This document shows, in pieces, positions 37,002-46,664 of a stretch of DNA of 64,000 nt. The DNA is from Treponemataceae bacterium. GTDB taxonomy: Bacteria > Spirochaetota > Spirochaetia > Treponematales > Rectinemataceae. Position 1 is the first letter of the stretch; the number at the start of each line of letters is the position of its first letter. The notes beneath the pieces are model-generated. The model saw nothing but the letters and a program-made list of their open reading frames with translations, ran no database searches and was not told the DNA's origin. A program made the position numbers and the translations under genes. The DNA is taken from contig CAXXVZ010000003.1 in assembly GCA_963678065.2 (NCBI GenBank), positions 384,001 through 448,000 on the forward strand, written 5' to 3'.

Positions 37002-38924
37002 GATTTCGCTCGCGGGAATGGCGATCTCGAATCGGGAGCCGTGGCCGAATGAACTCTTTGCGGTTGCGCTGCCTTTGTGGACTATGGCGATGTGGCGCAC
37101 GATGGCGAGCCCGAGCCCCGTGCCGCCGGATTGCCTGCTTCGGGCTTTGTCGACACGGTAGAAGCGTTCGAAGATATGCGGCAGATCGCGAAGGGGTATG
37201 CCGGGGCCTTCGTCCTCCACGGTGAACACGACCATGTTCTCCTGCGCAAAGGCGCCGACGCGGACGAGGGAGGCTTCCGGGGAATACTTGGCGGCGTTGT
37301 CGATGAGGTTTGCGAGGGCCTGTTCCAAGAGGCCGAGGTTCGCGTCCATGAACAGGTCCGCGGGGCAGTCGGTCTCGATCCTGGTCTTCCGCGCCGAAAG
37401 GAGTGGGGCGGTGGCGTCGAGAGCCTCCCGGATGACGGTGCGGGCCTCGATGCGCTCCGTGGCCAGCCAGCTTCCCGAGTCCTGCTCAAGCCGTGCCAGC
37501 GACAGGAGGTCGGATACGATGTTGCCCATCCGGTCCGCGTTCTTGGCGATTATCCCGAGAAAGCGGGTCATGATTTCCGGGTCCTGCTGTTCGCCGGACA
37601 GAAGGGTTTCGGCAAAGCCCTTGATGAGGTGTATGGGGGTGCGAAGCTCGTGGGAGACATTTGCGACGAATTCCGTGCGGACCTTCCCCAGTCTGCGGAG
37701 CTCCGTGATGTCCGAAAGGGCGAGAACGGCTCCTCTCGCGGCAGCGTCGCCCGACCGGGAGAAGGGAAAGGGCGATGCCTGAACCCGGTACCAGGTTTCT
37801 CCCGTTTCGAAGAAGGCGATGTCCCGGTACGTATGGCCGCCAGAAGATATGCACTCGGATGCGAACGCCTCCAGTTCCGGGGAGCGGATGGCTTCCAGGA
37901 TGGACAAGCCCTCGATGCTGCGGTCGGGGATGCGGCCAAGTCTCTGCGCCGCCGGATTGGCGATGATGATCCTGAGATCAGGATCGAGGGCCACGACGGC
38001 TTCTCCCATGGATTCGAGGATCGTGGAGAATCGGAGTGCCTGGCTGCGAGCGGATTCGATGCGGGACTGAAGCTCGCGCGACATGGCGTCGATCGTTCTG
38101 TAGAGCAGGCTTATTTCGGCGGGAATGCCCGCATGCCGGCTCATGTCGGGTTTCTGTCGCGTTTCGGGGCGCAGATGCGGCGGATCGGATGGAGACGCCG
38201 CAGTCGAGGATGCGGGGAGGGTATGGAGGGAAATGTTGGCAGTATTCCCCGAGCTCACGGCGAGACGGGTTTCTGCGAGAGTCGCGAGGTCTTCGAGGGG
38301 CAGTGAAATCTGTCGCGAAAAAATCCAGGAAGCGACGGCGGCCACGACAGAGGCAAGAATTGTGGCCACTATGAGTGTCAATCTGAAAGGAGCAAGCTGG
38401 TTCCGTATGTCGGGGATGGTGGCCGCGAGCCGGAGAACGGCCACCGGAGATCCGTTTTTGACAACCGGAACTGCCGCGTAGAGGAATGCCTTGCCGAGAG
38501 TCGTCGATACACGGCGCGCGATCGATGGTTTTCCCCGCATTGCCGAGTAAATTTCCGGTCTCGAGGCGTGGTTCTCCATTTTTTCGGGCTGGGTGGATGA
38601 TTCTGCGAGAACGGTTCCGTCCGGAAGGATGAGGGTCACGCGGTATCCTGAGGCGGCCGAGAGTCGGGATACGAAGACAGCTGCGGGAGAAGGGTGGATT
38701 TCTCCGTCGGAGTAGGTGTTCTCTTTCTTTCCGGCCGATATTGCCGACTCGGGATCCATGATTGCGGCGAAGGACTGTGCGGTTGCGAGGAGTGAATTCC
38801 CGAACACCTGCGCGTGCAGCACCCCCATCAGCGCCATGCCTGCGGCCGAAACGCAGACGACGAGGGGAATGGATGCGAAAAAAAAGAAAATGAGGCTTTT
38901 GCGGAACAGGCTTTTTTCTTTCAC
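36990..38924 (-). CDS. phoR: PhoR-type sensor histidine kinase (TM, Cache-like, HAMP, PAS, HisKA, HATPase)
   Basis: MENHASRPEI, FVANVSHELRTP, NLIDNAAKY, FERFYRVDKARSR..GGTGLGLAIV. Confidence 0.85.
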   Translation of the reverse strand: MKEKSLFRKSLIFFFFASIPLVVCVSAAGMALMGVLHAQVFGNSLLATAQSFAAIMDPESAISAGKKENTYSDGEIHPSPAAVFVSRLSAASGYRVTLILPDGTVLAESSTQPEKMENHASRPEIYSAMRGKPSIARRVSTTLGKAFLYAAVPVVKNGSPVAVLRLAATIPDIRNQLAPFRLTLIVATILASVVAAVASWIFSRQISLPLEDLATLAETRLAVSSGNTANISLHTLPASSTAASPSDPPHLRPETRQKPDMSRHAGIPAEISLLYRTIDAMSRELQSRIESARSQALRFSTILESMGEAVVALDPDLRIIIANPAAQRLGRIPDRSIEGLSILEAIRSPELEAFASECISSGGHTYRDIAFFETGETWYRVQASPFPFSRSGDAAARGAVLALSDITELRRLGKVRTEFVANVSHELRTPIHLIKGFAETLLSGEQQDPEIMTRFLGIIAKNADRMGNIVSDLLSLARLEQDSGSWLATERIEARTVIREALDATAPLLSARKTRIETDCPADLFMDANLGLLEQALANLIDNAAKYSPEASLVRVGAFAQENMVVFTVEDEGPGIPLRDLPHIFERFYRVDKARSRQSGGTGLGLAIVRHIAIVHKGSATAKSSFGHGSRFEIAIPASEISRE

Positions 38925-39631
38925 GGTGTCCCGAAACGGTACCCGACGCCGCGTACGGTTTCCACCCGCTCACTATCGGGACCGAGTTTTTTGCGCAGGG
39001 AGAGTATCTGCACATCCACGGCCCTGTCGGTCACGGGGTAATCGGAACCCTTTATCAGTTCCAGTATTTTTGATCGCGTGAAGACGCGGCCCGGATTGCG
39101 CATGAGGAGTTCGAGGAGGCAGAATTCCGTCGCGGTCAGGTCGAGGGATCCTCCTGAGCCGACGACAGTGTGCATGTCCTGGTCGAGAGTGAGTCCGGCG
39201 ATGCTGATGACGGCCCGGTTTTGACGATCATCAGCCTGCGCCTCTCCCTCAGAGGAAATGGCGCGCCTCGTCACCGCCCGGATGCGCGCGGCGAGCACCT
39301 TCGTGCTGAAAGGCTTGACTATGTAGTCGTCGGCCCCGAGCTCGAGGCCGACAATTATGTCGGGTTCTTCCCCGCGCGCTGTCGCGAGAATGACGGGACA
39401 GGCCTGTCCCTCTTCTTTCGCGCGGATTTTCCTGAGCACGTCGAGTCCGCCTATGCCCGGGAGCATGATGTCGAGGATGACGCAATCCGGTTTCCGTTCC
39501 CGGAAAAGCTTCAGTCCACACTCTCCGTCCGGAGCCAGGCGTGCAGTCCAGCCTTCCCGCGAAAGCGAGTATGAGAGCAATTCCCCGATTTCCGGATCGT
39601 CTTCGACGATGAGAATGTCCAAGGATCCCAT
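38921..39631 (-). CDS. OmpR/PhoB-family response regulator
   Basis: VEDD, LDIMLPG, GADDYIVKPF, RAVDVQI..LRKKL, TVRGVGYR. Confidence 0.92.
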   Translation of the reverse strand: MGSLDILIVEDDPEIGELLSYSLSREGWTARLAPDGECGLKLFRERKPDCVILDIMLPGIGGLDVLRKIRAKEEGQACPVILATARGEEPDIIVGLELGADDYIVKPFSTKVLAARIRAVTRRAISSEGEAQADDRQNRAVISIAGLTLDQDMHTVVGSGGSLDLTATEFCLLELLMRNPGRVFTRSKILELIKGSDYPVTDRAVDVQILSLRKKLGPDSERVETVRGVGYRFGTP

Positions 39632-39734
39632 GCTGTCCTTCCTCCGGGGCGATGTCATTGTGTCCCGCCGGTGACCCCGCGGGAAAGATGTCCGGGACCT
39701 GGGTCTTCTCCCGAGGATTGCCGCCCCTTCGTAC

Positions 39735-39787
39735 AGTATATGGTTGAACGGTCAGTTTTTCATTGGGATACTGTCAGGAAACTGTCA
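39735..39787 (-). promoter_or_regulatory. Promoter of the two-component pair with an upstream Pho-box-like direct repeat
   Basis: ATGAAA-17 bp-TATACT on the minus strand; CTGTCA at 39771 and 39782 on the plus strand (11-bp period). Confidence 0.55.
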
Positions 39788-40766
39788 GCCGCTTCGCTAT
39801 GGAGGCGCTGTCCGGTACCGACGCCTCTTCCATCCATTTCCGGATTCCTGCGCTCACGCGAAGAGCCGTTCCCGGATCGACGAAGGTTCCGGTTCCGACC
39901 TGGACCGCGACAGCACCCGCCAGGAGGTATTGTATCGCGTCGTCGGCCTCCATGATCCCGCCGAGCCCGATCACGGGGATGGAGACTGCCCGTGAAACCT
40001 TGTAGACGCAGGCGACCCCGACCGGCCGCACGGCGGGCCCGGAGAGTCCCCCTGTTCCCATGGCGAGGACAGGGCTCATCTTCCGCGTATCGATGACCAT
40101 TCCGACGAGAGTGTTGATGCAGGAAACAGCGTCTGCTCCTCCGGCTTCGGCTGCCCGAGCGATGGAGGTTATGTCCGTGACGTTGGGCGTGAGCTTGACG
40201 ATGAGAGCCCGGCGTGTGATTTTTCGCAGAACTGCGGTGAGTCTTTCCACCTGGACGGGATCGGTGCCGAAGGCCATGCCCCCGTGGCTGACATTCGGAC
40301 AACTGACGTTGATTTCGTAGCCGTCCACCCCTGTGCGCCCCATCCCCACGGTCAGAGGAGGCAGGTTGGTGCCGGTCTTTTCCTGCGCAGCGGCCTGGAA
40401 AGGTGGCAGTGCCTCTTCTATCCTTTCGATGACTCCCCGATACTCCTCTTCAGTGGATCCTGCGACATTCACGATGACGGAACAGCGCATCATTCTCAGA
40501 AGCGGCACTTTGTCATGTATGAAAATATCGACACCGGGGTTGGCCAGGCCGATAGAATTGAGCATTCCGGAGGGAGTTTCGACGATTCTCGGCGTCCGGT
40601 TTCCTATGCGGGGCTCAAGGGTGACGGCTTTTGTGTACAGAGCCCCCAATCGGTCGATATCGGCGAGGCTCTCGTACTCCGAACCGTAGCCGTAGGTGCC
40701 GGAGGCAAGCCCTACGGGATCGGGCATGGTGAGCGGGCCGATGCGGACACTGAAGTCGGGGCTCAT
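39774..40766 (-). CDS. pyrD: Dihydroorotate dehydrogenase B, catalytic subunit
   Basis: ASGTYG, NSIGLANPG, EINVSCPN, KLTPNVTDI, GGLSGPAVRP. Confidence 0.93.
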   Translation of the reverse strand: MSPDFSVRIGPLTMPDPVGLASGTYGYGSEYESLADIDRLGALYTKAVTLEPRIGNRTPRIVETPSGMLNSIGLANPGVDIFIHDKVPLLRMMRCSVIVNVAGSTEEEYRGVIERIEEALPPFQAAAQEKTGTNLPPLTVGMGRTGVDGYEINVSCPNVSHGGMAFGTDPVQVERLTAVLRKITRRALIVKLTPNVTDITSIARAAEAGGADAVSCINTLVGMVIDTRKMSPVLAMGTGGLSGPAVRPVGVACVYKVSRAVSIPVIGLGGIMEADDAIQYLLAGAVAVQVGTGTFVDPGTALRVSAGIRKWMEEASVPDSASIAKRLTVS

Positions 40767-41611
40767 CTCGTTCCCTCCCAGTCGATTTCGTCGGCCCGGA
40801 AAACGGGACCGTCCGCGCAGGCGCGGGAGTATCCGCCATCGGCCCTGCGGACCGCACATCCCATACAGGCTCCGACGCCGCAGGCCATCCACTGTTCCAC
40901 GGAGAAGTATGCCTCACAGCGCCGCTCAAGAGCGAGACGGGCGAGAGCCGCTAGCATGGGGTGAGGCCCGCAGGCATACAACCGCGTTCCCGGAGAAAGA
41001 GGCCGGGCAGACAGGTAATCCACCGTGGTGCCATGAAAGCCGGAACTACCGTCATCCGTGCAGAGGGTAAGGCCTTCCGGCAATTCGATATCGGGTATCG
41101 ATTCCGAGTTGCGGAACCCCGCGACAAACTCCAGGCCACAAGATGGATTCATGCCCGCGAGGAAGCGTGCGAGGAAGAGGACAGGGCCGAGCCCGATCCC
41201 TCCTGCTACAAGGAGACAGGGGGGCGGGGCGGTTCGGGGCAGGAAGTCGGCGGGGGTATTCGGTTCCATGGCTGCTTCGGGGCAGAGACATGGTTTGTTC
41301 ACAGTAGTGTCGGATACGGGAAAGCCCTTTCCGAGAGGAGCGATGATGTCGAGGGAGGAATCAGGGGCGAGGGAAGCGAGCAGGCGGGTCGCAGGGCCGC
41401 GGACTTGATAGATTGCGTCGGCCACATTTTCTGAAAAATCCGAAAACGCGAAGGGGCGTCTGAGAAGGGGATCGGAAAAAGGCGAAGCCTTCAGGGTGAA
41501 GAACTGGCCGGGAAGAGGGACACCCGCCGACTCGTCCCAGCTGAAAGAGAGTTCCATCCACCCCGGGGCAATTCTCCTGTTCCGAAGAATGCGGGCACCG
41601 AACTGCTTCAC
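40763..41611 (-). CDS. pyrK: Dihydroorotate dehydrogenase electron transfer subunit
   Basis: PGQF, LRRPF, GGIGLGP, CGP, MACGVGACMGC...C.DGPVF. Confidence 0.92.
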   Translation of the reverse strand: MKQFGARILRNRRIAPGWMELSFSWDESAGVPLPGQFFTLKASPFSDPLLRRPFAFSDFSENVADAIYQVRGPATRLLASLAPDSSLDIIAPLGKGFPVSDTTVNKPCLCPEAAMEPNTPADFLPRTAPPPCLLVAGGIGLGPVLFLARFLAGMNPSCGLEFVAGFRNSESIPDIELPEGLTLCTDDGSSGFHGTTVDYLSARPLSPGTRLYACGPHPMLAALARLALERRCEAYFSVEQWMACGVGACMGCAVRRADGGYSRACADGPVFRADEIDWEGTR

Positions 41612-41671
41612 GGCTTTCCTCCTGTCCAGGAACCCGTCTGCTTCGTATCTGGACGGCGGGCGAACGCGAAG

Positions 41672-42460
41672 TTACACAAGTTCATTCAACTTCCGTTCTA
41701 TTTCGGCCAGTTTCCCGTTCAGGCTCTCGATCATGTGTTCGAGCCTTTCCTTTTCCTGCAGGAGTCGCTCTGAGGGATCCTCAGGCACTTCGCGTGCCGT
41801 GTATCGCGCCTTGACCGCCGCGGGGCTGAGTCCGGAGCGCAGGGCTTCCACAGCCTCGCCCCTCTTCGTTTCATCCTTGATTCCGGCAGCCATCTTCATG
41901 CCATCCCAACCGATATCAGGATCGATGCTGTAAGCCGCGGCCCTGACCGCCGCACCCGCCGTCGCCCTCGGAACGCCGAGAACCCTGTCGACATAATCCT
42001 CGAAGCGGGTCTTGTACCGTTCGCAGAGTTTCTGGGCTTCTATCATCAGGTTTCCGAACTCGAGCATGAGGCGGCCGTTTTCATGGATGCAGCTCTCCTT
42101 GATCCGCGCAGTCAGGCTGCGGAAATCTTCGGAGGCTTCAAAGACATTCTCATAGTGTCCTTTACTTTCGGCGGCAAGGAGTACTTCGTGAAAGATGCCC
42201 CAGAATTCGTTGCTGTGCGCCCGCCCTGTCGCGATGCCTCCCTTCCGTTCGGCGTGTATATGGTGGGCGTACTCGTGGAGGGCCGTATAGATGAGCTGGT
42301 TGTCTGATTCGAAATTGTGGTTGTGTATGAGGATCTCAGCGGTAGCGGGCTTGTAGAGCCCGTTCACGAGAGAACTTGACTTGCCAGAAAAGACCACGGA
42401 GAAAGGTTTTTGGCAGGGGATAGTGTCGAGAAGAATCGCTGTAACCTGGTCCTGATTCAT
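41672..42460 (-). CDS. Hypothetical protein with an SprT-like HExxH zincin domain and a helical C-terminus
   Basis: TALHEYAHH...AHSNEFW. Confidence 0.7.
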   Translation of the reverse strand: MNQDQVTAILLDTIPCQKPFSVVFSGKSSSLVNGLYKPATAEILIHNHNFESDNQLIYTALHEYAHHIHAERKGGIATGRAHSNEFWGIFHEVLLAAESKGHYENVFEASEDFRSLTARIKESCIHENGRLMLEFGNLMIEAQKLCERYKTRFEDYVDRVLGVPRATAGAAVRAAAYSIDPDIGWDGMKMAAGIKDETKRGEAVEALRSGLSPAAVKARYTAREVPEDPSERLLQEKERLEHMIESLNGKLAEIERKLNELV

Positions 42461-42467
42461 GCCCGAT

Positions 42468-42496
42468 ACGGTAACCGGACCTATCGAGGGAGTCAA
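42468..42496 (-). promoter_or_regulatory. Promoter predicting a leaderless mRNA
   Basis: TTGACT-17 bp-TACCGT-7 nt-ATG. Confidence 0.6.
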
Positions 42497-42723
42497 TGCC
42501 TGATGGCTCTGTCGATTTCCACCTGATTGAAGCCGACGATGATTTTCCCGTTGATGTCGAGGACGGGTACACCCATCTGTCCTGACTTCCTCAGCATTTC
42601 CTCAGCCCTGCGTGGGTCGGCGGCGACATTGTAGTCGGTGAAGGGTACTCCCTGTTTTTTGAGGTAATCCTTGGCGATGCGGCAGTAGGAACAGCTCGGG
42701 GTCGAATAGATAGAGATGGACAT
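42493..42723 (-). CDS. Glutaredoxin-like protein (NrdH/YruB type)
   Basis: YSTPSCSYC, SGQMGVPV, IIVGFN; AGGAG RBS and TTGACG-17-TAATAT promoter upstream. Confidence 0.9.
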   Translation of the reverse strand: MSISIYSTPSCSYCRIAKDYLKKQGVPFTDYNVAADPRRAEEMLRKSGQMGVPVLDINGKIIVGFNQVEIDRAIRH

Positions 42724-42825
42724 GATCGCTCCTCTGTGTCTTGTATATATGAAAATATTAATATAAAAGACTGATTCCGTCAAGAACTGTGCGGAAAATG
42801 AATCACGAAGACAAATCCGGCGCGA

Positions 42826-44517
42826 ATGCTCTGCATGAGTGTACGTGTGGCATTGTGGTTTCTTCTTTGCTTTTGCTCATCCGCAATTCTGCCTGTCCCG
42901 GTCCAGGCATCCGGAACGGGCACAGGGAATAAAAGATACACGACGCACTTTTTTCTCACGCAGAAACTCAGTCTTGACAATCCCGATCAGGATGCCGGAT
43001 CGGAGAGCGCAAGCGGATCCAGCATCCGCGCAGCCGCGACCAGCTTCCGCTTCGAGGATTCGAGGGGTAACCTTATCCTCTTGTCACAAGAATACCCGGA
43101 CAGCGGAACACTCATGCGCGGTGGAGCGATCCTGTCCTCCGGGACCGCCTGGATCGGCGCCGGTCCAGGAAAACTGGCAGGAGCAGCCGCGTGTTTGAGC
43201 GGACTTCTTCCGAACACTTCCGTTCCGATGCTCTCTATCCCCTTTTCCCTTGCCCCCTCGCTCGATTCAAGCACCTTCCTGACCGGGCTCGGAACGAGAA
43301 ATCTCGCTGTCTTCGCGGCAAAGAAGGAGGAAGCTGGAACGTCTTTCGGAAATCTATGTTTTGTGGCTTCCGGCGGTGAAGACAATCTGAGGGCGGCCCT
43401 CTCATTCGCTGCGATCGCAAAAGACGCGCGCTTTCCTCTTCTTGGCTGGCGGCCCGCAGAAGCCCCCGATCCCGCGGAGATGGTGTTCAGGATGGCTGCC
43501 GGCATTTCAGCGCTGCTTGAAAAGTGGGAATTTGAGTTGAGGTCGGCGATCTCCGCGGGGCGGATCCTGTCTCCGGGCTGTGGCCTGGGCGGGTCGGTTT
43601 CTTTTTCGGAAAACCGGTTCCGGCTGATGGGCGGATTCGCCTTGTCGAACCCGGAAATCAGGGATTACGAAGGAAAAAGGGCGCGAAATCTGGCTGAGCT
43701 GCAGGCAGGACTGAATTTCAGAGGCAAAAAAGGTTCGGTGCTGTCATTCCGGACAAAGATGGAGCTCTCTGCGGAACGAAACGAGGTTAGCGACCAAATC
43801 GTGGAGGAGGGAGAGGACGACACTGACTCGGAGGGGGTGGCAGAGACAGTGAGCGATGGGGAATCGCCCGTATGGGGGTCTGCAGCGTGGTGGAAGACAC
43901 TTCAGGGCTGGTCCTGGATGCAGGGTGCCGGACGGCTCGCCCTGTGCAATAGCTGCTCCTTCAGGCTCCCGCTCCGTGCCGGAGGACAGGAATCACAGGA
44001 TTCCGATGAGGGAGAAGAAGGATCATCACTGTTGTTCGAAATCTCCACTTCAGGAACAGCGAATTCCCCCCTCAAAGACACGCGGGCCGCCCTAGGTTTC
44101 ACGCGGCGAACCAAGGCCGGCTGGGGGGAAAACGGCTTGCATGCGGGATTGTCCATGCGACGGGTGGAGGATGCACGTTCTGTGGAAGGCTTCTCTGCGG
44201 TGGCTTCGGGAAGCTTGGGAGCGGACTTGAAGTATCCCTTCCGGCTCAGGCGCGATTCGCGAAAAAACCATCTTCTCTCGATCGACCTGACCATCTATGC
44301 CTGTCATAACCTTGCAAACGGACTGCTACCGGGGAAAGGCAGCTCTTTTGTCCTGGATATATCCTCCTGCGTCGAACACGAGTCGGGGGCGGGCCTTACC
44401 CTCGGAATAAAACTGAAAGAATCTTTCGCCACGGCGAAGGGGGCGGAGGGTGGGGAGAGCGGGGGAAGGCCCTCCCTCGCGATCTTCCTCACAGGGGCGG
44501 TTGAAACAGGACATTGA
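42826..44517 (+). CDS. Hypothetical exported protein, beta-strand rich
   Basis: Signal-peptide-like N-terminus and alternating hydrophobic segments; start uncertain. Confidence 0.55.
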   Translation: MLCMSVRVALWFLLCFCSSAILPVPVQASGTGTGNKRYTTHFFLTQKLSLDNPDQDAGSESASGSSIRAAATSFRFEDSRGNLILLSQEYPDSGTLMRGGAILSSGTAWIGAGPGKLAGAAACLSGLLPNTSVPMLSIPFSLAPSLDSSTFLTGLGTRNLAVFAAKKEEAGTSFGNLCFVASGGEDNLRAALSFAAIAKDARFPLLGWRPAEAPDPAEMVFRMAAGISALLEKWEFELRSAISAGRILSPGCGLGGSVSFSENRFRLMGGFALSNPEIRDYEGKRARNLAELQAGLNFRGKKGSVLSFRTKMELSAERNEVSDQIVEEGEDDTDSEGVAETVSDGESPVWGSAAWWKTLQGWSWMQGAGRLALCNSCSFRLPLRAGGQESQDSDEGEEGSSLLFEISTSGTANSPLKDTRAALGFTRRTKAGWGENGLHAGLSMRRVEDARSVEGFSAVASGSLGADLKYPFRLRRDSRKNHLLSIDLTIYACHNLANGLLPGKGSSFVLDISSCVEHESGAGLTLGIKLKESFATAKGAEGGESGGRPSLAIFLTGAVETGH

Positions 44518-44538
44518 AAAGTCTTATCATCCTGCACC

Positions 44539-45198
44539 ATGCTGTATGGGAAAGAACATTCATCCGGGCCAGCCTCCGGAACGACCGCCTTCGTTGTCGT
44601 CGATGTGCAGAACGATTTCTGTCCGGGGGGAGCTCTGGCCGTTGCTGGGGGGGACGCTGTCGTCGATCCGATCAATCGTCTCATGCTTCGCTTCAGACGA
44701 GTCATTCTGACACAGGACTGGCATCCGGTCGGCCATGTCTCATTCGCGTCATCGTGGGCAGGCTCATCCCTTTTCGACACCGTCTCTGTCGAAGGAACGG
44801 AGCAGATACTATGGCCTGATCACTGCGTTGAAGGCAGCGCCGGAGCGGCTTTCCACAAGGATCTGCAGACTGACAACGCGGAATTGATTCTCCGGAAAGG
44901 CTATCACCCTGGAATCGATTCCTACTCCGCATTTTTCGAGAATGACAGGAAAACCGCCACGGGGCTGGCGGGGTGGCTTCGATCCATCGGCGTCGATTCA
45001 ATATGGGTCGCCGGCCTCGCGACCGATTTCTGCGTGCGCTATACGGTTCTCGACGCACTCTCCCTCGGATTCGGAGTCACTGTCGTGGCCGACGCGATCC
45101 GTGGAGTCGACATGCCCGCCGGCAGCGTGGAAGAGGCCCTGCGCGCAATGCAAGAGAAGGGAGCTCGCTTTATTTCTTCCGGGGAGGTTGTACAGTGA
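44539..45198 (+). CDS. pncA: Nicotinamidase/pyrazinamidase
   Basis: VDVQNDFCPGGAL, QDWHP..H, WPDHCV, RKG...DSYSAF, GLATDFCV. Confidence 0.94.
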   Translation: MLYGKEHSSGPASGTTAFVVVDVQNDFCPGGALAVAGGDAVVDPINRLMLRFRRVILTQDWHPVGHVSFASSWAGSSLFDTVSVEGTEQILWPDHCVEGSAGAAFHKDLQTDNAELILRKGYHPGIDSYSAFFENDRKTATGLAGWLRSIGVDSIWVAGLATDFCVRYTVLDALSLGFGVTVVADAIRGVDMPAGSVEEALRAMQEKGARFISSGEVVQ

Positions 45199-46631
45199 TC
45201 CCGACAAGCGCTCTTTTTACGGATTTCTATGAACTGACCATGGCCCAGGGCTACTGGAAACGGGGACTGAAGGACAGGGCCGTATTCGACTACTTTTTCC
45301 GACGCCAGCCCTTCTCGGGCGGATATTCCGTTTTCGCCGGACTTGGAAGCTTCCTGGATAGCCTGGAATCCCTCCATTTCGATCTGGAGGATATGAAATA
45401 CCTCGGGGGGCTCGGCATCTTCGAACAGGGCTTTCTCGACTATCTCGCCGATTTCCGGTTCACAGGCACCGTCTGGTCCTTCAAAGAGGGGCAACTCGTA
45501 TTTCCGCAGGAACCCATCGTCCGGATCGACGCGGACATCATCCAGGCGCAGATCGTCGAAGGTCTCCTGCTCAACTGCCTCAATTTTCAGACTCTCATCG
45601 CCACGAAATCCGCGCGCGTCTGGCGGGCTTCGGGATTCGGCAACATAATGGAATTCGGGCTCAGGCGCGCGCAGGGACCTGACGGAGCGGTTTCGGCTTC
45701 ACGGGCGGCCTTCATCGGCGGCGTGAAGGGGACATCCAATGCCCTGGCGGGACGCCTTTTCGGCATCCCTGTCATGGGAACCATGGCCCACTCCTGGGTG
45801 ATGTCCTTCCCGAACGAACTCGAGGCCTTCGAGTCGTACGGATCCATCTATCCGGATGCGGCGGTGTTCCTCATCGACACCTACGACACCATGGGCTCCG
45901 GCATCAAGAATGCCATTCTGGCGGGAAAAAAACTTGTCGAAAGGGGAAAGAAATTCGGAGTCCGGCTCGACTCGGGCGACATCGACTACCTCACGCGGGA
46001 GGTCCGGAAGGAGCTCGACGACGCCGGCCTCGGCTCGGCCTCTATCGTCGTGTCCAACGAACTCGACGAGGAGATCATCGAGCATCTGGTCGCCGACAAG
46101 GCTCCGGTCGACACATGGGGCGTCGGAACCCACCTCGTGACGGGCGGGAAGGAGGCCTCCTTCACGGGAGTCTACAAGCTGGCCGCCATCAAGCGGAACG
46201 GGACCTTCGAGCCGTCCATGAAGTTCTCGGACAATCCGGAAAAGTCGACCAATCCGGGGGTCAAACAGGTTTTCCGGCTCTTCGATTCACATGGCTCGGC
46301 CCTCGCCGATTATATCGCCCTCGAAGGCGAAGAGCCAAAGCCTGGCAAGGAAATCCAGCTGAATCATCCCTCCGGCGACTGGCGGCAGTCCCGTATCATC
46401 CCCGACAGAGTCGAGACTCTCCTCGTGAAGGTCATGGACGAGGGCAAGCGATGCCTGCCTCTGCCCGGAATTGCCGAGATCCGCGAGGGATTGCGGGCAC
46501 GTCTCGAGGTATTCGATGGGACCTACCTCAGGCTTCTCAACCCTCATGTCTACAAGGTGTCGATCTCCTCGAAGCTGAAGGAGATGAAGCTCTCCTTCAT
46601 CAACAAGCACTACAAAGTGGCCCGACGGTGA
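45195..46631 (+). CDS. pncB: Nicotinate phosphoribosyltransferase
   Basis: TDFYELTM, EFGLRRAQG, GTMAHSW, LIDTYD, RLDSGD, GVYKL; GTG overlaps the pncA stop. Confidence 0.94.
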   Translation: MIPTSALFTDFYELTMAQGYWKRGLKDRAVFDYFFRRQPFSGGYSVFAGLGSFLDSLESLHFDLEDMKYLGGLGIFEQGFLDYLADFRFTGTVWSFKEGQLVFPQEPIVRIDADIIQAQIVEGLLLNCLNFQTLIATKSARVWRASGFGNIMEFGLRRAQGPDGAVSASRAAFIGGVKGTSNALAGRLFGIPVMGTMAHSWVMSFPNELEAFESYGSIYPDAAVFLIDTYDTMGSGIKNAILAGKKLVERGKKFGVRLDSGDIDYLTREVRKELDDAGLGSASIVVSNELDEEIIEHLVADKAPVDTWGVGTHLVTGGKEASFTGVYKLAAIKRNGTFEPSMKFSDNPEKSTNPGVKQVFRLFDSHGSALADYIALEGEEPKPGKEIQLNHPSGDWRQSRIIPDRVETLLVKVMDEGKRCLPLPGIAEIREGLRARLEVFDGTYLRLLNPHVYKVSISSKLKEMKLSFINKHYKVARR

Positions 46632-46664
46632 TCCTGTGATCGGGCCTCCGGCTTCAGCTGCGGC

